A stretch of DNA of 64,000 nt from Rotaria socialis (Eukaryota): positions 124,001 through 188,000 of the forward strand of contig CAJNYD010000017.1 of assembly GCA_905331295.1 (NCBI GenBank). The letters are read 5' to 3'. Below the pieces are notes generated by a model. It was not told the DNA's origin. It ran no database searches and saw only the letters and a program-made list of their open reading frames with translations. A program made the translations under genes and the position numbers. This document shows positions 29,338-43,753 of this stretch, in pieces. Within the stretch, counting starts at the first letter, position 1. The number at the start of each line of letters is the position of its first letter.

Positions 29338-29418
29338 GAGACAAAAGTGTATTCACTTTTCTATTCAATATTTTATTTATTAAAATATTCAGAACAGAAA
29401 ACGCAAAAGACTGTACAA

Positions 29419-32400
29419 TTAAACATTCGTTTGTTTATTAGTTGTATTTGATACATTAGCATTGAGACAGAGTAGTTCTCTAAGTTCAGGCGTAACAATG
29501 GCTCGATACTTTTTCTCTAGCGATACCATGTATTCAATAGAATTACGCATGGAAAATCCTCGAATTTGATGGGTCTAATTAGAAAAAATAGACAAAACAA
29601 ATAACATATCAAAATCAATATTTTGTTTTTGTTTTGAAAATCACAAACTTTAAGAAATGGTAACAAATTTCTTGATGAATGTTGATAGATAATATCTTGT
29701 TGCAAATGTCGAAGAAGCGCAACACAAAAATAAACTTGATAATCAATACCATATAGTATGCATACGCAAATATATGTAACTATTTCTGGCCAATCTAATA
29801 CAGACCAAAAACATTGTTTTGTCCAATGTATAACCATCTGTAAAGTAAAATATGAAAAAGTGAATTTCTTTTCTTTGTTTTTGAGAAAACGAATGATTGT
29901 CAAATTACATGAGAAATAGCAAAACCAGACATACGAAATGCAGCAAAAACTGGAGGCATTTCTTGTTCAACAATTAATTCAACACAATGACCAGCACCAA
30001 CATAAACGGGATGTAAACCATACAGATTCATTTCATTGCTAACAAACGGCTACGAAAAATTGAATATAACATTTTTTAAAATATCTGAAGACATAGAAAT
30101 AAATACTGTATTGAAAAGACGTGCATGCCAAAGAAAGCCAGCTGGTAAAATTAATGAAAATGTACGTAGCCATCGCCATGAACGTACATCATCACAACCC
30201 ATCAAGAGAAAAACACTTGTGACAAACCAATCAAAACCCGGATAAGCATCGGATGACGAAGTATAATCTATGTATGAAAGAAAAATATCAATACTCGAAT
30301 ACGCGGGGATTGAGCCAAGGAATATGATATTAACTATAGAAAATTACATTGATCTAGCCGTTCATATTCAGAAAAAAAAATTTCTTATTTCAATTGACAG
30401 TTCCAGGAACATGGAAAATCACGCTCTGGTTTATTTTATATCAGTAAGAAATGAATCAAGAATTCGCTCGTTATTTATTTTATTAAAATTCATCTAAATT
30501 TCAATGACTTTAGCACTGAGTGATTCGAAAGAGCAAATACCAATGTGAATTATTAGACTCTGTCGGTACTTTCACTTCATATATATATATATATATTGTT
30601 ATGAAAATCTCTAGGTACGAAATTTACTACTTATATTGATTTTGGACTACTTAACATACTTAATTTGTTTCCACTATTATCAACTGCAGCTATTATATTT
30701 GCTATTGCAGCATTTGTTGTTGATGATGCCGCTGTTTTAGTGCCTGTAGTTGATGGTGATGATAACAATGATGTTGTTACTGTTTTCTGTTTTAGATGCG
30801 TTTTAAGTGCTTTGAGTAGTCGAATGAGATTTTGCTGACTAGCACCTTGATCTTGCACAAGTCCAATACGAGCACCATAACTACGAATAAACAGAGCGCA
30901 TATACATAATTATATAAATGAAAGATCTATTCAATTGAAACAAACGACAAACTTTAATGCTTTATTGACGCCAAGTTCTTGAATTGGATTTAATACACTT
31001 GCCGATGATAGTTTGGCCAGATCAGCTTCTGTATTAGAATAAGTGAGAGACAATTATGTTTTTCATTCGATTTTCAAAAAATTCTAAGTCGATAATCACA
31101 TCAATCAGGTGAATATAGAAAAATGGGTGTCTTAGTGAGGTAACGAGGAGAAAATAGTTCAACAGTGCAGTGTTGAGAAAATAATAAATTTACCGAGATG
31201 ACGCCGCATATCTGATAAGACATAAGCATAATGATATATTTTCTTTCTATCGTAAGTGATCAATATAGGAAAAAGTATGGCATGCATTAGACCTTTTAGA
31301 AGCATGCATTTCCTTGTACAATATGAGCATGCGAGATTTTGATTTTTGTACATTTAAACTTACTTTGAATAGTAACCGAAGAAGATAATGAATCTCGGGA
31401 CGAATTAAAAACAACATCCATATGAAGTTTATCATGAATGTCGACAACAGCATCGAGTAGATCAGCCATGACTAAGAATATAGAAAAAATAATTCGATAT
31501 AATTGGTTTAAAATTAGCTTCTTTTATATATATATATATATATACGAGAAAGTGGTAATGTTTCTTGAGTTGATTGACGAAGAGTCGCCATAAAGTAATG
31601 GCGACATTTACTTAGCCAACGATCATCGAGTCGATCTGGTCGAGAACTTCTTACAAGACGGTGTAATTCGTTTTCTTCTAGAATATTTCAAGACAACAAA
31701 AAAAAACATTTTATATATGATTCTGAAGAAAATCTTCAAGAACTACTTAAAAAACGATTCAATACTCATTGTTTTTAACTCTCTCGGAGCAAAATATCTT
31801 GGACTCAAAATTTAATTTCCATCGACAAGATAAAAACTTCACATTTATTCACTTCAGGAATATTCTGATAACTGTAAAACATAATACTATTTAGTTTTGA
31901 GTTGCTGATCATTGCAATGTGAGATATTGTATTATGCAAAACAGCTTCAAAATTCTTCACTCTCCCTTTCGAATAACTTCAAATTGTTATCGATGACAAC
32001 TGTCAAACTGTACAGTTTAAACTCGTCCCTTCTTTAATTCTAACACAAACATCAATTGCGAGGTGTATGTCCGTGTAACTATTTTTTCCTTCGTAAAAGT
32101 ATGTACCGATTTTTGTATTTGCAGATCCTCCATAATTTGCTCTGATGATGTATGCATCCGGCAAAAGCATAGAACCACCAAATAATGGTATTGAACTTAA
32201 TGATGTTTCATCACTTTCATTCAATGTCCATGGTGGCATATTTTTCTCTTGAGAACCACCTAATAGTTCAGCATTAACAAGAACATGATTACGTGCTAAA
32301 CTTAATTGATCTAAAATAATATTTCCTCCTGATTCGATTTCTGCTTGTGCGTGTCTCAATTTTTCCACATAATTATATTTTGTTTCAAGCAGCAATTGAA

Positions 32401-35400
32401 CATCTAAATCTGATTGCATTATTGATAATAATCTAAAGATCGATATTTATATTTTATGTTTTCTATTAAAAATGATTGCTACCGTAATCCAGCAGTATGT
32501 GTGTGTTCATAACAAAGAAGATTTCGAATATCATTATCGTCGACAACAAATGAAATTCGTTCAAGTAAACCCTATTATGATTGAGTAGCAAAAACAAATG
32601 TTCACTTTGTTTTCTAGACGGCGAAAGAAAAACATACGAGAAGCGTAGATGGTTTAGGATTTTTATCCATACCATTTGGTGTTGATGGCTTAGGATTTTT
32701 ATCCATACTATTTGATGTTGACGGTTCATTGTTATCTGTTGATAATAATTCATAAGCAGCAGAAAATGAGGAAACCAGGGAAAGAAGACTTAATAATGGC
32801 TAGAACATACGAATGGAAATTATTGACTTTGTTTTTTAAATTCAATTTTTACTTTTAAAGCATATCGACTAATAGGCTCAGATGGAAAACGTCGAGGGAA
32901 TACACTTGTTAAATCATCAGGTACGTTTTCTAATTCGGTCCATAGTTGCTCCATTAAATATTCAACAAAACCTTCATTTACAGAATAAAAACAAAAGAGA
33001 ATTGAATGAAGAAAATATACGAAAAAAATATGCGCACATACCAGAATGATCCAAACGTGAAACAACAGCTGGTGTATTAGCCATTTGTGAAAGTAAATAT
33101 CCAAAACCATATTGTTCCAATTTACCAACTTGTACTTTTGATCTCCAACGTTCATCAATATAAATAACACATTCGGGTAAAAAACCAGTTTGTGTTAGTA
33201 GGTATATACCTAGTAAAACATGTAAATAGGGATAATTTGTTTCTAGGAAAATTAGGAAATGAAATATTTCGCATAAATCGAAAGCTTTGAGTATATTCTT
33301 TTTGGAGATAATCGAACAAACGTCTCAAAAATACTAATATATGAATAGAAGGTTCTCGGCACAAACAGAGAAAGAATTCTTTTGACTATAAAAGATTTAG
33401 CAAAGCTGGAAGAGCCATTCTAGTTTATAATTATTACAATACTGATCAAGAATATCATGCGAACTTAAGTTTTGTGATGCTTGCAATCTAGTCAATCTCT
33501 CATAGATCAAATAATTCTTAGTCTAACGAATCTATATTAATCCATCCTGATATTTTCTTTTCGAATGTATTTAATCGAGAATCACAACAACTGTTCAAAC
33601 TAGCATTTGGATTATCAGTAGTGTTCATTAAAATAAAACATATTCTAAGATTTTATTTTCTATCGAGGAAACAAAACACATCCTGATACCTTTTGGTGTT
33701 GAACCAAATAATAGTAAATTATCAAGTAATGTTTCCTTCCACGGCATTGTATTACGACTCATTTGATCTTCGGATTCAGCAGATGGACTCCGATTCAATG
33801 GTGGTGAACTATTTTTATCCAACTATAGAAAGATATAAACAGATAAAAGTAAATAAATAAAATTTGTTGCCTATTTCCTTTGTTTTAACCTCAATTTTAA
33901 ATGCTTCAGCAAGTGTTTTATGTAATTGCGCTCGTTTAATTATAAGTAAACCGGATGTACGAGAATAAACTAATCGACATACATAGATAAATTCCGATAA
34001 TAACGCTGTTGGCATAAATGTATATGATGTTGTTAATGATAAGTCCGGTGTTATCAAACTTAACCGGCTACTTGTATATTGAGATAAGATACGTTTAACA
34101 TAAGCAACAATTAGTGATGCTGGTGATCCTCTTAAATTATTTTAAAAATTAACATAAAAAACAAGCAGAATCTAAATAGTTACGTATTAGATGTAGTTGG
34201 AGCTCGTATAAGATATTGATAGCCAGTATCATTTGACGCCATAGCAGCAAGTAAATCAGCAAGACTAATAAGACCACATTCAGACACAATATTACCATTT
34301 GATCTTAAATAATCATTAAAGATTTTCTTCGAGCCAATATATTGTTTTATTGGTTTAACTAATATATCAAATAAATCATCGCTACACATTAATGGACCAC
34401 ATGTATCTGATTCAAGACAAAGTCTTTTAAACAATTGACAACATAACGATGAAGCTGCTTCTTTCAAAAATGAAATTAATATTTTTGTTTTAATTAAGTT
34501 TATTTGTGTGTCTTTTTTTTTATTTACTTCTACTATTTGCAACAAACATTATTTGAATAAATACTCTAAGAATATCTTTGACATAAACTAATAGAAAGAA
34601 TAATTATCGTACTTGTCTATGATATAAAATAAAATTTACTTTGTTTGTCGTTACTGATAATAAATGGAAAAACTAATTGACGAGCTTGTTTCGAACAAAC
34701 AATATGTTCAAATAAACAAAGCGAATGAACAAAATGTACATTAGAAAGTTCAAGTCGTGTATAATGTGATGAACTTGCTGGTACAACAGGCGGCGGAGGA
34801 ACTGGTGGTAGAACAGATATCGGTGGTGTTGGCACAAGACTTGAAAGAAATGAAGTTGCTAATGGTGGTCCATTATTTGATGTCATCATTGAACGAATGC
34901 TACCATCAGATGAAGCCGTACCTAGATAATAATGTTTAAATTGTGTTGGTTTAAAGAGCAAAAACAAGAGCAAATTTTACCAATGGGTCTTCTTCGTATG
35001 CCTGAGGCATATAATGAATTATCATTTCCGTCATTTGCCATATTCATTTGTTGCGTATGTGTATGAGCATAATTTACAATTGATTGATATGCACATACTA
35101 ACTAGATTAAGCAAGAATATATTTTCGATGAATTTGAATTTTTAGCAAAATAAAATAAGATAATACTCACTAGATTTTTCTTATTTGATAATGAACGAAG
35201 TAAATATGCTCGACTGTAAGTAGCATGCTATACATAGAGAGAAAAACATTGAATGAATTTCAATAGTTTTAAATACAACGTTCGGCAAGAGGAGGAGGAG
35301 GAGAACGTTGTTAATCTTTAAAATTTCCATAGTCTCTTTGACCAATGCGATCGGTTTACCGCAAATATTGGTTGAACAAAAACTATCCAGTACTCTTTGC

Positions 35401-37292
35401 ACCAAAAAACAAACTTTATTTTCTGTTTAGAGAAAAGACCATACTATAGTTGCAATGCTATTTGAAAATATGTAAGAATTTAATCATACTGTACTAGGCA
35501 ATCTTTCACAGTTAAAACGCTCTTAGAAAGTAATATTCGGGTGTGTTCACAGATATTGTCTTGTCTGAAGTCATTGTCACGATAAGAGAGAGAGTATAAT
35601 TCAAATTACGTACCATCCATGTACGAAACCAATTAGCTTCCGGATCAAGTAATGCTAAAAAATGGAGTGGGAGTATTCGTGCAGTATTTGATTCGCATGG
35701 TACTGAGCCGAAAGAGAATAGTCGTATCGTTTCATTGATGATATGTTCAACATGACTAAATGATTTCACTACAATTTTTAAACGAAATATTTTACAAAAC
35801 AAAAAAAACAACTTCTCTGAATATCGCATCCAATATTTTGTTGTTTCTTGAAGAAATTCAACTATTAGACGAATCTGAATGTACAAAGAAAAACTTTAAA
35901 AAAACGTTCTTTGATTTTTATTAATTTTCCTTACTTGTTTCAATTTCATTTCAACGGTCGGATTCAAAATATCAAGTGAAATAGCATTCGGCTGTAATTC
36001 AATAACAGTCATTGAAGAAAACCATTGTACTAAATGTTCAACTTAAAAGAAAAGCAAAAATTACAATAATTTACAAAATATAAATATATTTAATTATTTA
36101 CCAAGATTAGTGAGAGTTTCACATACGACACTGATATTCCCTGCTGCCAATAAACGTGAATGTAGTGTAAGACAAGCCATCTTAAATAGAATATTTTTCT
36201 TAATTTTACGGATATTATTTTAAAGAAATCTTACAGCTATTTCTTGATTTGTATCACCTAATGCAAGAATTAAATTTGGACAAAGTATTTTCCAACTTCC
36301 AATTGAAATAGCTTCATTGGGAGCATAATTTAATAGATCATTTAATGCACGAAATCGAGCCTGTGTACAAAAAAAACATGATCTTCATAAATTGCAATGT
36401 ATTTTTTTCTATAAATTACTCTTTCCGGTTTCGTTGGTGATAAATTATCGGCTACTGTTCGTAGATGATTATCATCAAAAAACATGAAACTTTTCTAAAA
36501 AATGATAAAAAAAGACTCTTGTTTGGAGGCGTTCTTTTTTCAAAACATACATGTCGTCCGCTGGAACCATTGGTATATGATGTGTCAGAATCACTTCCAT
36601 AACTAACATTATACGATGAAGAACCACCACCCGTAGCGGACTGACGATGCTCAGCTATGTCACGGAGTTCAATCGATGTGCCAACTATGGTTCGATTTTC
36701 TGGTACGAATGGATCAGATGCAATACCCAACGATGTTGATGATGTTAAACTTAATGGAAATTCTTCATTGAAATTTTCAACTAAATCACCCAGTGTTAAA
36801 TGAAGACGTCGCAATACATCAGTGCGAAACGATGCGAGTTCTCGTGTTTCAGCTATCGTTTGACTTATAGCTGATGCACCGTCATGTTCTAATTTTGTTT
36901 TATTTACTTGTTGCTTTTGTTTTTTTATCGATTTATTCGAAATCATTGAACGTTCAATTTCTTTATCGATCATATCACCAAATGCATCATCAATAATAAA
37001 ATGTAGACGATGCAATAGTTCTGAACTAAAATAAATTTAAACAATTATAAATAATTCAATATATGACGAATATTTAAACGAACTTATGAGCAATATTGTT
37101 AGCGGTCGATGATAATGAATGAATAAGTTGTTCATCGGTGAATGTTATATTTGTTGATCCTCGTCGTGCAGCTTTCAATAGAACTGGATCAAGTGATTTT
37201 AAAAATGATTTCATTAAACCACGTAAATCTTCGTCAGAGAGATTTTCTAGAAGACTTTTAGCTGTCGACATTTGAATGGAATCTAAAACCAT
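29419..37292 (-). CDS. TBC1D32: Protein broad-minded / TBC1D32 (multi-exon)
   Basis: C-terminal HWTKQCFWSVLDWPEIVTYICVCILYGIDYQVYFCVALLRHLQQDI matches the BROMI signature; also PLHFLALLDPEANWFRTWM, LLDNLLLFGSTPKG and GFDWFVTSVFLLM. Confidence 0.9.
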
Positions 37293-37734
37293 TGCCTTTC
37301 GTTTGTTTTTATTTTATTTAGTATTTCGTCTTATATTAATCAAGTATATATCTATTGGCAAAAGGAAACCATTATTAATGGTGTTACTTTGACAACAGAC
37401 AACGTTCCTCGTTCAGTTCTCTTTTTTCTTCAACGCATTCATCATCTACATCATAACTGATTGGTCAAAACATGCATGCCCAATATAACTAAATAAACCA
37501 ACGAAAGAGAGAATGAGCAAAATATTATTTTGCCATGTGAGTTTTTTATGTTATTAAAGTAATAATACATAAAATCAAGCATGAGTATATCGAAATTTAT
37601 TTATGTTTGTCAACACTAACAATAACACGAAATAATTCAAACAAAAAATGACAACAACTAAAAGATCTCTTAAAATATAATATTACACAACTTCACATTT
37701 TTATTTAAATGTCTATTTAGAATGCGTCTATAAT

Positions 37735-38862
37735 TCAATGAAGTGTCATCGTTGTACCGTTACGAGTAATACTTCGTTCTAAAGATAATGCTGGATTATA
37801 TCGGCCGAGAGCTTTTCGTAGAAAGAATTTTATTCTATCCATGAATATAGAACGAAACAAATGACTCGACAATGTATAAATATAAAATGATTTCGTAAAG
37901 TTAGCATAGTAAACCAATGTAGTGAATGACATTAAGAATGAACCGATAAGTCTGTTATAACCAGTTAGTGGTGGCGCAAGAACATAGTATGCATAGTAAA
38001 TCATACGGGTTAAAACCAATAATTCGCTGCATCCAACTTGAAAAAGCATCATCTATATACAAAACAAAACAGTAACGTCTGATTTAAATACTCGACATGC
38101 AGCTGAGTTTTTCGTTTTTATTATTTAACTACTTACCACAATTAATTCTGTATCCGTTTTTTCTTGTCGTCGTTGAGATTCGACTACTGTACCTGTATGT
38201 TGCAATGTTTTATTGGCTATGCGTCGTTTGGTTCGTCGAACATTCATAAAAGTAAGAAAACCAAAGGTAAACATCAATATATGAGGAATAATACCGAGCC
38301 AAAATACAACAAACATTCCATCGAATATTGAAAACGAACCATTTAACACACCACATCGTGGTCGAAGATCGTACGCAATTAGAATATGAATACATGATAG
38401 AAAGCCAATAAAAATAGATACTAATGTTGCTCGATAAGCTATTTTCATTTGACTAAATGAACGAAGACGAGCACTCACCGACGACGACATACATCGATCA
38501 ATCGATGATAACAAAATGAAATATGTGGCTATCAAGGGAAGTACTGAAACTAGATATGCACGCAGTTTACAATAAACTGGACTTGTATTAATCAATGTAC
38601 TACCAAGATGATCAGCAGCAAAACGAGATATGAGTCCAAAACTAATGGATACTAATTCAAACACAGCGGACATAAGGAAATAGAAAGCACATGAATTGTT
38701 TCGTAGTTGTGGTGCTGTGAAAGTAATAAAGTTGCACATACAACCAAAGATACCAATGACTAGTAGAATGATTGGTCCATAGTAAGTCATTTCACTACTA
38801 ACAATTTGTATTGTAGCTAGGGTGGTGGTTTTAATGGATACGGATGCATTCATCATAGACAT
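37735..38862 (-). CDS. Rhodopsin-class (family A-like) GPCR, two exons
   Basis: Seven hydrophobic segments; LRNNSCAFYF, CKLRAYL, SSIDRC (DRY position), SFYIYTLSSHLFR; intron 38136-38053. Confidence 0.85.
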
Positions 38863-41800
38863 TTCTTCGACTTTGTCTTATATTTACAATCCTATGAATT
38901 GATGTTTGTCACTGCAATTTTTTTGTCAATTATTGTATTTTTCTAGAAATACTGTTTAATGTCTAAATTTGTCTATGAATTCTTTTCGGACAGTATTGTT
39001 TTTTTATATGTTGGTGATCAATGGTAATATTGATTGCGGAGAGGGGTTCATTTTTTTCTAGAAAAAAAATAATAGAAGAGAGAGAATATATTGTTTTGAT
39101 GCGCTAGTAATTTACATTTCTATAGAGAGTCCAATGTTGAGAATGAAAATCTATGTCACGATAGCTTTATTATGATTTCTCCGGATGAGAGTACATAGTA
39201 AAAAAAAAGGAAAATATCAATGGAATCGATGTCTTTCAATAATATAGAAATCGTCTTATATGCTTTGTTTCATGGTTTCTTATATTTTCTCGTCTACTAA
39301 CATTATTTTGTTTATATAGAAACTAGATCGACTTCATCCTGAGTTGTTAAATAATCTTCCTTTCTCATTTCTAAGTTGTACTACTCAAGAAACATAACTA
39401 TCAGTGCAAAAATATGCTTTCATCATCAATCTATCTTGTTCTTTTCAGCAACGAATATTGTCTTAAAACTATTACCAAACCTATTCACGTAACAAACATC
39501 TGCTATTGTTCTCATCCATACCGATTGTGACTGTGTTTTGTTTTCAACAAAATCCGGCAGTTTCTAAGCATTGATCATCACTAACTTTTAATACTATTAG
39601 TCACATGCGGTGGCTTTATTTAAGTAGCTTAGCTATTATTTTGAGTGTTGCTTCATCTAAAATATAGTTTTCAACAATATCTGCTTTGTATTCATGTGAG
39701 ATGTACAATATTTTCTACAGAGAATAATTATGAGATCTTGCACTTAAAAGGAAGTCTTCGAAAATATAAAGATCTCTTTATACTGCGTATTTTATGCATT
39801 GATGGATGAGAATAACGATCTACAAACTCTAAGTGCTAATAATAAAATGAAAGCTGTAAAACGAATATTTATTTTGGTTTTATTGTTTCTCTTCTACTTC
39901 AAAATTATCAAAAACACACCCTAAAGAGATACATATGAACTCGTTTTTTTCCTCGAAGGTGTCATCTATTTTTAGATACTTTTACAAAATTTTAAAGATG
40001 ACCATATTCATTTAGCCTCTGTAAAACTTACGCTATTTGATACTGTTTTATTCTGACACTACGAATCATGTTCAGCTGTCTGTTTCTTATTTTTACTCTA
40101 ACATATCAAAAATAATTCATGAATATAGAGAGAATTGCTAATTTTAAAGAATATTGCTTCATTTCTTCTAGTGATTATGACTGTATGATATTTTCTGGAG
40201 TGTGTAAAGGAAACGATATTGAACACTAACAATTTAATGTTGTCCTTTTCAGACTTCGTCATCTTGAATTTAAAAAAAAAGCACAATAAAATTTTCTTTC
40301 TATCAAAACTCGTCGTGTTATTAGAACATTACTAGATGACTCCATTATATGTCTGTGTAATTGTTAATCTACGAGATCAATGTTCACCAACTGTACCTGC
40401 GATGAAGCATAATAAAGCATATCTCAATAGACGCAGATGTAAAGATAATAAATATTCATATCATTGTCCTTTAATGTAATAAAATACAATCGCTCTTGTT
40501 AACCCGAAGGCACAAGTGTTTCTTGTCATAAGTCATGTCTACAAGAAAAAGCTTCCTTTCATTAATATCTGTGAGAAAACAAATTATTGATACTCATCGA
40601 GATACCACTGTTAAAAATAAGGTTTCTATGTTCTTCAAGAGGAAATGCAAAGGTTAATAATTTACACTTGACTACGACCATCGGAGACCTTCTCACAATT
40701 AAAATTCACACGCATCACGAATTAGCGGATAAGACAAAATTAACATTTTTAATATAAACTAATTCACAGGAAGATCTTTACTTGGTCAAACAGTAAAATA
40801 TGATAGAAAAAAAGCTTCTTTTATCGATGTTCGTACCCATTCATTGCCCCATCCAAATGTAAATGACGCTATCAATTTGAATTTGAGTGTGGGCAAATGT
40901 ACTGATGTGTGAATTCAGCTTTCGATGAGACTATGAATCGGATATACTACCGATTACAGACAATACTAATATCCATAATGACAATTGGATGTTACAAACA
41001 ACGGAATTTAATAATGATAGAAGACACTTCTTTTTTTATTTTATCCCGCAGTAAAACTCTTCCTGTAATTTAGATGATTGAAAAATTTAATTAGCTGTTC
41101 CATGTTTTTCTTTTCTAAAATTTTCTCGTCTAACTAATTATAAAAAATATTTTTCTTTTGAAAATTACTGTCTGAGAAAGCTCAACAACCTAATTCAGTA
41201 ATTGACCTAGAAAAATGAATCTTTCCTTTGAGTTTAGTCTATCATTAATAAGACAAATCCCTAATTAATTCGTAGAAAGCAATCTGTTGACATGAATTAT
41301 GCTGGATTATAATCTACTTATAAAGATGAAAAAGTCAGATAGAATTTTATTTTAAAATCTGCATATTTTTCACAGACGAGTTAGCAGATACAAAAAATAC
41401 AATGTGTGTATTTTTCGCACATTTTCAAAGAAAGATATCTTCTCGACAAGATTGATAGATAAAAAAAGCAACGAAATAATTCCGAAGTGTATTCATAACA
41501 AGTCGAAAATTATTCAAAATCTACTTCATTGGAATGCATATTATTGGTACGATCAATAAAACGAATTTATGTTGTTTTTTCTTCTTATCCGTTTTGATCT
41601 TTGAACTGACAGTCCGATTACATTATGTCACTATTTCGACGATGAGACTCGAGCATTTCAATAGAAAATCGACTATATTCTTCCATCAGTTTTCTTCATA
41701 TGAACAATTGAATTATTCGAAAGATTGTATCAACATGACTTTATGTTACTGTTACATTTTATACTATGTTTATGTAGACTATAACCTTTCTTCGACAACA

Positions 41801-42065
41801 TTTAATCTAATAGGAAATCTTGACAATTGATAAACGTTACAATATTACCTTAGAGGTCGTACTGTACAAGTCGCATTTGTTTTATCGCTACCATTGGCTG
41901 GACAATATATTTATTGAATGAAAGATAACTGTCTAAATTCATAATAAAAGTATAAGACATTCATATCTTGTGTCCAAAGAAAATATGGTTAAAAAAGATG
42001 ATTTTATTATCAGAACTAAAAATAAACCTTCAGATTTATTTGAATTACGTCGATCATAATTTACA

Positions 42066-42989
42066 ATGAACTATTTACGTATTATTCAAAAAACCATTCT
42101 CACGATATCATCTATAAGACATTCTTCGACTATAACTATTCCAGCGTTAATAGATTCTTATCCAATCGAAGCAACAGTATTCGAACCAAAATCGCCATCG
42201 TCTGATTCGATATGTGTTGTGATTTCTGAAGCAACAGGCTCTCGTCGTCAATTTTATTTTCCATTTGCACAATACTTAAGTGAACAACATAATCTACATG
42301 TTGTGACATACGACTATCGTGGAATACATGAACGAAAACCAACGCAATGGAATCTTGTTGAACATTGGGCTCGACGTGACTGTGCTGGAGTACTATCATA
42401 TTGTCTTGACAAATATAATGAAGTTGTTCATGTAGGTCATAGCCTTGGCGGAAATATGCATGCACTTCTACCATCGCCTATAAATGAAAAAATTTCACGA
42501 ACAATTCTTGTATCAGCAACAAATTCTTATTTAATGTATCACAAATGGAATTTAGCTTTTCTTCTAACATGTTCATCACTTTACATTCTTCGCGAACCAC
42601 TTTGTAGATTTTATGGATATTATCCAGCACGTACTGTATTTCGTGCGGGTGTTGATATGCCATCAAATATAATTCGTCAATGGGCACGATGGGCATTAAA
42701 TCGTCAATGTTTTGTCGATGAAAATGGTCAAGTATTTACAGATGGCTTTCAATCACTCAAATGTCCTATTCTAGCTGTAAATTTTGCTGACGATGAATTT
42801 TACACACGTCAGGCATTCGACAAATTTACTGGACAATTTCATCAATCATCAAATATTCAAACTTGGCATTTACCAAAAGGTGGTCATTTTAGTTTTTTTA
42901 AAGAGAAGCAATCGTTAGAACTTTGGAACGAGATAGTTCGATTTATAAAATATGCCGATACAAAACTTCCTACTATTATAAATAAATAA
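42066..42989 (+). CDS. Intronless alpha/beta-fold hydrolase of bacterial predicted-hydrolase type
   Basis: ATGSRRQFYFPFAQYL, TYDYRG, nucleophile elbow GHSLGG, DMPSNIIRQWARW, candidate acid (DDE) and His (GGHF) residues; 307 aa with no introns. Confidence 0.88.
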   Translation: MNYLRIIQKTILTISSIRHSSTITIPALIDSYPIEATVFEPKSPSSDSICVVISEATGSRRQFYFPFAQYLSEQHNLHVVTYDYRGIHERKPTQWNLVEHWARRDCAGVLSYCLDKYNEVVHVGHSLGGNMHALLPSPINEKISRTILVSATNSYLMYHKWNLAFLLTCSSLYILREPLCRFYGYYPARTVFRAGVDMPSNIIRQWARWALNRQCFVDENGQVFTDGFQSLKCPILAVNFADDEFYTRQAFDKFTGQFHQSSNIQTWHLPKGGHFSFFKEKQSLELWNEIVRFIKYADTKLPTIINK

Positions 42990-43237
42990 ATAAATTAGTT
43001 TATTAAATAAATTTTTGCACAAGAAAAAACTCATAACAGGAGAAACAAGAGAAAAAGGAGGTCAATTCTACAAAAAGCTTGAATATTACACTAGTCAAAT
43101 TCAACATACAGAACAATCTCCAGCATATTTTTCCGCCCGATACAAAAAAAAATGTTTTAAAAATTCTGTAATACCAATTAAATACACGATAAATAATTTT
43201 TTTTAAAAACCAACAAATTATATCATAAATTTGGTGT

Positions 43238-43753
43238 TTATTCTTCATGACTTAAATGAATCAGTTTTTTTGCACGTACTATTTTAACTGGTGCTTGATG
43301 TTCAATTGCACAAATAATCATATGATCAAGATAAGAATCTTTACTAGCGAAACAATGATAACATAGTTGACATTTGAAAATTGTCTAAACAAAAATTCGT
43401 TTAATATTAAATTCACTATTTCTTTTTTTAATAGTCAAAGAAATACCATTGGTATTGACGAACGATTTATAATAAATGGTTTAACAGATTTCGATATTCT
43501 CGACGAAAGTATTAAACAAGCAGCACTGTTAGAATAGTTATTGAGGAGAATTTTTCTCTTTTTTGATATCATATTTTGATCAATATATTTTCGTTTCGTC
43601 ATAACCGGCTGCATTGCAACAAAACTAAAAAATGTTCGAATGAATAAAAACAAAATTTTACTAAAAAGTAATATTATACTTGTTTGGCGTAATTATTGAT
43701 GATGCTTGTAGATCAGACCTTTCGGTTGATATTCGAGTGAATAGTTGACCCAT
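43238..43753 (-). CDS. Small 3-exon protein with N-terminal MG and a C-terminal C2HC-type zinc finger
   Basis: Three exons splice in frame at GT-AG sites: MGQLFTRIST... / FVAMQPVMTKRKY...KKRK... / TIFKCQLCYHCFASKDSYLDHMIICAIEH...HEE*. Confidence 0.7.
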
